Below, one piece after another: positions 60,001 to 64,000 of a stretch of 64,000 bases of DNA. The position numbers and the translations under genes were made by a program. The notes under the pieces are model-generated. The model ran no database searches. It saw nothing but the letters and a program-made list of their open reading frames with translations, and was not told the origin of the DNA. This DNA is from Haliotis rufescens (Eukaryota). The stretch spans positions 2,604,001-2,668,000 of the forward strand of contig NW_025964212.1 of assembly GCF_023055435.1 (NCBI RefSeq). The letters are read 5' to 3'. Position 1 is the stretch's first letter, and every line of letters starts with the position of its first letter.

Positions 60001-60377
60001 CGGCTGTCGGCAGTTCGAAAACATGCGACCGTGGGTCCGCCCGGGGCGCTTCGGGCGCTAATGGGAACCCGATGGGTTCCCGGCCCCGCGAAAAGGCTGC
60101 TGGCCTCGACCAGCTGCCCTGCCCCGGCCCCTGCCTCTCTTGCTCCTCCCGGCGCCCTTACCTGAAGGAAGCGGCTGCTTCCAAGCAGGTGCAGACTTCT
60201 GACCCGGCGCGTCAGCGTAGGAGGAAGCAAGTGGAGAGGTCCGCTTACGCGGTTTAACGCATGGTACCTCCAACAAGGCCTTAGAATCCTTGATGGAGGC
60301 ATACAACTGTGCGGCCTCTCGGACCACCTGCTGAGCCCCAGGGAAGAGGGTGGCACCCATCTTATAAGGCAAAGCAA
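57045..60377 (-). CDS. DIRS tyrosine recombinase ORF, copy B
   Basis: SGRRVGD, HSVRA, FIKHY; identical translation to copy A. Confidence 0.93.
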   Translation of the reverse strand: MLCLIRWVPPSSLGLSRWSERPHSCMPPSRILRPCWRYHALNRVSGPLHLLPPTLTRRVRSLHLLGSSRFLQVRAPGGAREAGAGAGQLVEASSLFAGPGTHRVPISARSAPGGPTVACFRTADSRGLLPQAGCPRRRPTGSIPAGMGDSHIQSLDPVHSKGWPFASVETSSAPLLRDKAHSGACYPGEGGIPPCRGRRTSYEGCDRTGSRGTGKRGLLLDIFPSHQKRRRVQAYSQSEKAEQTYRGTVLQDGDTALGDLSCRDRRMANVNRPKRRLSPRTHTPRVQEIPQVFFRREVLSVQGSTIRDRYGPEGVHQADVDSRPSGQVKRSVLPSVPRRLVTKSSIAIPESDSYTTSDRYSDHSRVDSQSQEVRSEPYSESSLPRGEFQHGERTCISVTRSQYQGQKCYFPVPSVRQSHCSYMAPVTGQHGGDSGCGLAGALENETHSTSAPSTLGELGRSRDCSRDSAVAQCTPSVVDRGRESVPGAPPRHSRAVSHSSNRRVTLRLGRRSERSHCLGTMVPAGDQTAYQCARTESGQVGVPTLPGSASWPSGASRDGQPNGDDLHPEAGGNGVSVASPRDVAVPPMVRLTRYQGATCLSPGGRQRPCGRSVSPDPRSSRVEARPGDIRDYLPVIRVVPGGSVCVWGESPDTNVLLPSPRPEVGGTGRLPARLDGQNTVGIPPSTSDFQGPVSASHSACATTCAPGTPLVGAELVSSHTQVSGSASCSITFTTGPPIPERGPPPESQDSVGGLATVRNRLQESGIPARVADTILASRRDSTNVQYEDRWACYARWCVDRRIADPFSADLVAVLEFLQSRLDVGLAASTVRGYSTAIAAFHVPVDGALLGAHPLVQRFLAGVDRIRPPVRRISPPWELSIVLDWLSGPSFRDLSSLSLQLLSWKTAFLVAVTSGRRVGDIHAMSADPELTVFHRDRVSIRLPDSYRPKVAHAFHVTAPIELPALSQPSSSGTTTRHAHVLDVRRTLKSYISRTKGIRKDNQLFCCYGGRKAGSPASKQTISRWIVSTICTAYTLQGRDPPTKLKAHSVRAVATTQAYAAALPIEEICSAAIWSQPSTFIKHYQLDKHSSERARFGQSVLRTGQSTTSLAD
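57944..60157 (-). CDS. DIRS pol (RT-RNaseH-MT), copy B
   Basis: YLDD, TDAS, VDLFAS, WAFPP; identical translation to copy A. Confidence 0.95.
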   Translation of the reverse strand, partial: GRREEQERQGPGQGSWSRPAAFSRGREPIGFPLAPEAPRADPRSHVFELPTAGVCCLKPDVPVGGRLALFLQEWETVTSNPWTLSTLRDGHLPRWKHHPPPFSGIKHTPVPATLERAEFLRAEVDALLMKAAIEPVPVGQESEGFYSTYFLVTKKDGGFRPILNLRRLNKLIEVPSFRMETLRSVISAVETGEWLTSIDLKDAYLHVPIHPEFKKYLRFSFDGRCYQFRVLPFGIATAPRVFTKLMLIPAQVARSKGRFCHPYLDDWLLRALSQSLSQIATQQVIDILITLGWIVNLKKSDLSPTQNLVFLGANFNTVSGLVSLSQDRSTKVRSVTSQFLLSASHTARTWLQLLGNMAATVDVVWRARLRMRPIQQALRRLWVNSEDLETVLETPQWLNAHLQWWTEVGNLSRGLPLDTPVPSLTVQTDASLSGWGGVLNDHTASGLWSQQEIKLHINVLELRAVRLVFQRFLDLLRGQVVRLEMDNQTAMTYIRKQGGTVSPSLLQETWQFLLWCDSHVIRVLPVYLPGVDNVRADALSRRILAPHEWRLDPGIFGIISQLYGSFQVDLFASGVNHQTPTFCSRVPDPRSVAPDAFQLDWTDRILWAFPPVPLISKVLSQLATQPARLLVLLAPLWSAQSWFPVILRFLAQPPVLLPLRPDLLSQNEALHPNPRIQWVAWPLSGIASRRAVFLHELQTQYWLRGGIRQTFSTRIDGPAMRAGVSIEGLQIPFLQIS

Positions 60378-62031
60378 GTAGATCCTGGCGTGTGGAAGCC
60401 GAGTATTTGGATACCGACATCCACAGCCTGCGCATGCCCATGACTGCGCACATCATCTGCGAGGCACAGCTACGAATAGCGTCCCTCGCAAGATGACTAT
60501 GTACCTCCGTCAGTTGCGCGGCCAACTCCGAAGAGTCGGCCGGCCCCTCTCCCGCTAACTCCCTCTGTACGGCCGACAGATAAGCGGAGTGTACGGACAC
60601 CCGGAGCTGCTGACATGCGTTACGATATTGCTCCTCGAAGCAAACGTAAGCAGCCTTCAGCTCCGTACCGCACGCGGGAAAGGGTGGCAACCGCCGGCCC
60701 TGCTTGACCTTAGCCAAGTTGGGGGTCGAAGACCCCCCCAGGGTAACGGAGGTCCAGACGCATTCGTCCACCACCGGTACCTCAAAATCACCATCCTCTG
60801 CTAACGGGTACCGCTTAATAAGTTCGGGCAGGTCGAACTTCCTGCGGGCACCCGACAACAGAGGGTTGATGACTTCATGCACCAATGAAGACAGAATACG
60901 GAGCCGCACCTGGGGCGCCTTGCTCGGAGCAAAAGCGTCCCCCGGAAGGCGGAACTCAGTCGGATCCGACTGGGGCATGGGCGCAGCCACCTGAGGCAGT
61001 ACCTGGACAATTTTGTCCCGTACATGCCTCAACGAGGAAACGAAGGAAAATATTCCCGAGGTCTCCGAGTCGTCTCCCCCCTCCTCCATCCACTCCTCCT
61101 CTCTCGATTCCGAGCCGAAATTAATCGACTCTTCCCCGAGAGAAGAGGCAGACGAAGTCGGAAGGGGACGCCCGAAGGCCTGGGCCTTCGCATCCCCGGG
61201 CTGCACCCGGCCCGAAGCCGAGTCCCGGTCCCGAGGTGCCGGGGGTTCAAGGGAACCCACCTGGCTCTGGGCTAGAAATCCGCTAGAGGAAGCCTCGGCC
61301 TCGGAAGAGGCGTCTGGCTCCGCTAGGGAGAACTGTGCGTCGGTAGTGAACGGGCCAGTGCCCGCCACCCCTCCGCTGGGGAGCGACCTCGAGCCGGCGC
61401 CGAAGCCCGGTCTGAGTTCGTCCCCGAGACCAAGTGGCCTGCCTCGGCCGACGCCGGGCATATCACAAGGTCTCGAAGCCGCGTCCGGCGCCGACAACGG
61501 GGAAGGCTCGGTCCGCAACTCCTCTCGGAGCTGAGACTTTACCTCCTCCATCATCGACGCCATCTGCGACCTCAACAAGGCAGAGATGTCTGCCAAAGAC
61601 GGTGCAGGAGAGGGTGCAGTGATTGTGACGGGGACCCTAGAGCCTTCTCCCCCGGCCCCCGGGGAGGGAGCGGAGGAGACAGTCTCAGCTGCCTTTTTAC
61701 CCTTTCTTACTTTTTTTGAGGGGGGCGGGGCGGTCTTTGCCGACCTAATGTCCACCCCCGCCTTCAATAGACCCTTAAAGTGTAAGAGGTCCACATTTCT
61801 CTTTTTTTGCGCCCGTGGTGTAAATGCAACACAGATCGGGCATGACCCATCGTCATGCCCGTCTTCGGCCAAACACTTTATGCAGGTATCATGCCTGTCT
61901 TGGGGGGGAATCGAAGCCGAGCACCCCGTACACAGTTTGAAGGTCTGTAAAAAAGACCGTAATTTTTGAGTTTGGCGGGAAGGGTAATAAAGTGTATCAG
62001 TGCGATTGAAAGATCGGAAAGATACGTGCAT
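60058..62031 (-). CDS. DIRS gag-like ORF1, copy B
   Basis: Identical translation to copy A. Confidence 0.85.
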   Translation of the reverse strand: MHVSFRSFNRTDTLYYPSRQTQKLRSFLQTFKLCTGCSASIPPQDRHDTCIKCLAEDGHDDGSCPICVAFTPRAQKKRNVDLLHFKGLLKAGVDIRSAKTAPPPSKKVRKGKKAAETVSSAPSPGAGGEGSRVPVTITAPSPAPSLADISALLRSQMASMMEEVKSQLREELRTEPSPLSAPDAASRPCDMPGVGRGRPLGLGDELRPGFGAGSRSLPSGGVAGTGPFTTDAQFSLAEPDASSEAEASSSGFLAQSQVGSLEPPAPRDRDSASGRVQPGDAKAQAFGRPLPTSSASSLGEESINFGSESREEEWMEEGGDDSETSGIFSFVSSLRHVRDKIVQVLPQVAAPMPQSDPTEFRLPGDAFAPSKAPQVRLRILSSLVHEVINPLLSGARRKFDLPELIKRYPLAEDGDFEVPVVDECVWTSVTLGGSSTPNLAKVKQGRRLPPFPACGTELKAAYVCFEEQYRNACQQLRVSVHSAYLSAVQRELAGEGPADSSELAAQLTEVHSHLARDAIRSCASQMMCAVMGMRRLWMSVSKYSASTRQDLLALPYKMGATLFPGAQQVVREAAQLYASIKDSKALLEVPCVKPRKRTSPLASSYADAPGQKSAPAWKQPLPSGKGAGRSKRGRGRGRAAGRGQQPFRGAGNPSGSH

Positions 62032-63644
62032 AAATTGTGTAACTAGAAGCAAAGGCGTAATTTAGAATGCGATTGGTAACGCGATACTAATAGCCAATGT
62101 CGTAGTATAATTATAACACCAAAGTGGGCGTGTTACGCGCGAAGGTGTAGAAAACCCGTAAAAAAGGTAAGTGTAATTTAAAATAATTAACACACCACCT
62201 TGGGTTTATTTAAAGGAAAAGATTGTAGGCTAAAGCCCGATGATATAGATTAAAAAACCGAAGCCGTTTTTGATGGCCCTGGTGTTACATATATCATACG
62301 TGGCACTACAAAATGGACGCTACGACGGCCTTATTTCAAAGGTATCGTACACGTGTCACATAATTACAACTTTATAACTTTACAATGCGAGGTATTACGC
62401 CTTTGCATGAAAGAAATGTACCATACATACAGTTTGGTCTGCCATGGTTCTTGTACAAACGATAATCTTGTCTTTATATTGTCTTGAAAAAAACAGCACG
62501 TCTGTCTTTGTCAGATGACATAAGGAAAGTGATTTGGGTGAGAGTTGCTTCCCTTGGCGTGACGCGCCGTGGAGGGTGAGGCACCATAAGGGTGGACGTA
62601 TATCATACAAAAACAAAGTTTTTTGTGTGGTAACAATTTTTATTAAGGAAAATGGTTACAACTATGTCATGTAGATTTTCTTGAGCCAGGAAAATGCAAT
62701 AAGTGCCCCAAGGAGGATTTAATCTGAAAGAGAATGATGAAACAAGGTTCCTCGTGACAGCCGTGTTGGTAGAGGAGGTCTATTGTTTCCAACATCCGTG
62801 CATGGATGGACTGCGACAGGCGCCTGGTTGAGTGGTATCACCAAGCGTACAGGTAGACATGGAAACCAATCTGTAGAAATACATGGCACCCCTTGCCATG
62901 GTAAGTTGACCTAAATCCGGTCGGAGTTGTTGACAGTCCGAGTACTTGACACGTGACATGTAAATCACTCTGCGCAGTAGCCGAGAAAACCGCCTTGGAG
63001 TCGGAACTGAGGTGCAAACTCCACACACAGACAATCCTCAATGAACTGTGTGAGAGACGATCAAGTGGTGTACCCGAGTTTTGCGATAAAACACGGAACC
63101 CCATGGGCGTCGTGTAAAACCCGGGGAGCGCCGAGGAAGAGTCTCTCTCAGGAACGCTGGCGCTAGGGTAGGGTAGAACAGCGTTGATGTCTGCGATGTC
63201 GACGAAGTAAACTCTTTGTAAGTGGATGTCGTCATCGAATCTGATACAGACGCTGTTCACATGGCGCTCTGTTTCGATGGAAACCCGCAGGTCATCTCTC
63301 CGGAATCATAGCGCTTTAAACGACGGGATTATGGATAACGTCTCAGTGGGCAAGCTGAATCAGACCAACTGTCTATTGGTTGAAATGATTCCACCCAGGA
63401 AGTAGTACGATAGTCACGATCCCGAAGACCGACGGGAGAGTAGCGACAGGAGCGGCGACAGTTGTTTCACCATGCTTCTCCGTGTGACGAGTTATGAGAC
63501 GGCAGCAAGAGAAGAGGGCAGTGGCGCCGGGGAGGCGATTGCCGATGGTGCCCCTTAAGCCGCAGTAGAAGATCGGATGGTCGGCTCGTTGATCTGAGCT
63601 TGATAAAGCTTGTTGATCTGAAGCTTGTTGAGCGCCGAAGACAT

Positions 63645-64000
63645 CAGAGGATGCGGAGGCGCCGGAGCGCGGAGACATCAGAGGCGCCGAGACATCAGCG
63701 GCGCCGAGTCATCAGAGGCGCCGGTGGCACCGAGTCATCGGAGGCGCCGGGAGCGCCGAGTCATCAGCTTGTCATGAACAAGTCATGAAGCTTGTTGAGC
63801 GCCGAGACATCAGCGGCGCCGAGTCATCGGAAGCGCCGGAGGCACCGAGTCATCAGAGGCGCCGAGTCATCGGAGGCGCCGGGAGCGCCGAGTCAGAGGC
63901 GCCGAGTCATCAGAAGCGCCGGAGGCGCCGTGTCATTGGAGGCGCCGGAGGCGCCGGAGGCGCCGCGTCATCGGAAGCGCCGGAGGCGCCGTGTCATCAG
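63645..64000 (+). repeat. GC-rich short-period repeat (GGCGCCGAGTCATCAGA-like) in the host DIRS gag-like region
   Basis: Visible tandem units. Confidence 0.75.

Larger units (their letters stand above)
56208..62734 (-). mobile_element. Intact DIRS1-type retrotransposon, copy B, apparently identical to copy A
   Basis: Every ORF recurs with identical translation at a constant offset of 8682; ITR cores 56244-56440 and 62524-62720; ICR 56481-56575. Confidence 0.96.
46460..64000 (-). mobile_element. Older degenerate DIRS element of a different family (host), in pieces 46460-47525, 54053-56207 and 62735 to >64000
   Basis: Its terminus at 46460 has a complementary ICR at 46729-46813; frameshifted YR, MT, RNase H and gag-like remnants; the YR tail is continuous across copy A. 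Confidence 0.85.

Noticed and set aside
47526-62734. Segmental or tandem duplication as the source of the two DIRS copies
   Set aside because: Identity stops at the element termini (plus 2 nt) and the flanks are different parts of the host element.

Overview
Intron-rich eukaryotic DNA. The SINE and MITE repertoire suggests a mollusc, probably a gastropod; this is an inference. The + strand carries the last 18 coding exons of a CEP162 (QN1) orthologue (2348-29748). Most of its large introns are filled by intron-specific minisatellites, several of them built from copies of the neighbouring splice site. Convergent on the - strand are the last 6 coding exons of a CEP126 (KIAA1377)-like gene (45665-34087). 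Upstream of those exons, probably in the preceding intron, lies a nest of tyrosine-recombinase (DIRS) retrotransposons. An old, degraded DIRS element with its RT apparently deleted (46460 to >64000) has been hit twice by apparently identical, intact copies of a different DIRS family (47526-54052 and 56208-62734), with no TSD. Each intact copy has gag, RT-RNaseH-methyltransferase and YR ORFs, inverted terminal repeats and an ICR. A candidate recoding signal sits at the end of gag (G_CCU_UUU_CGC plus a hairpin), where both alternative frames are open. Numerous tRNA-derived SINEs, MITEs and a Helentron-like element are also present. The long low-complexity ORFs are artefacts of the tandem repeats.
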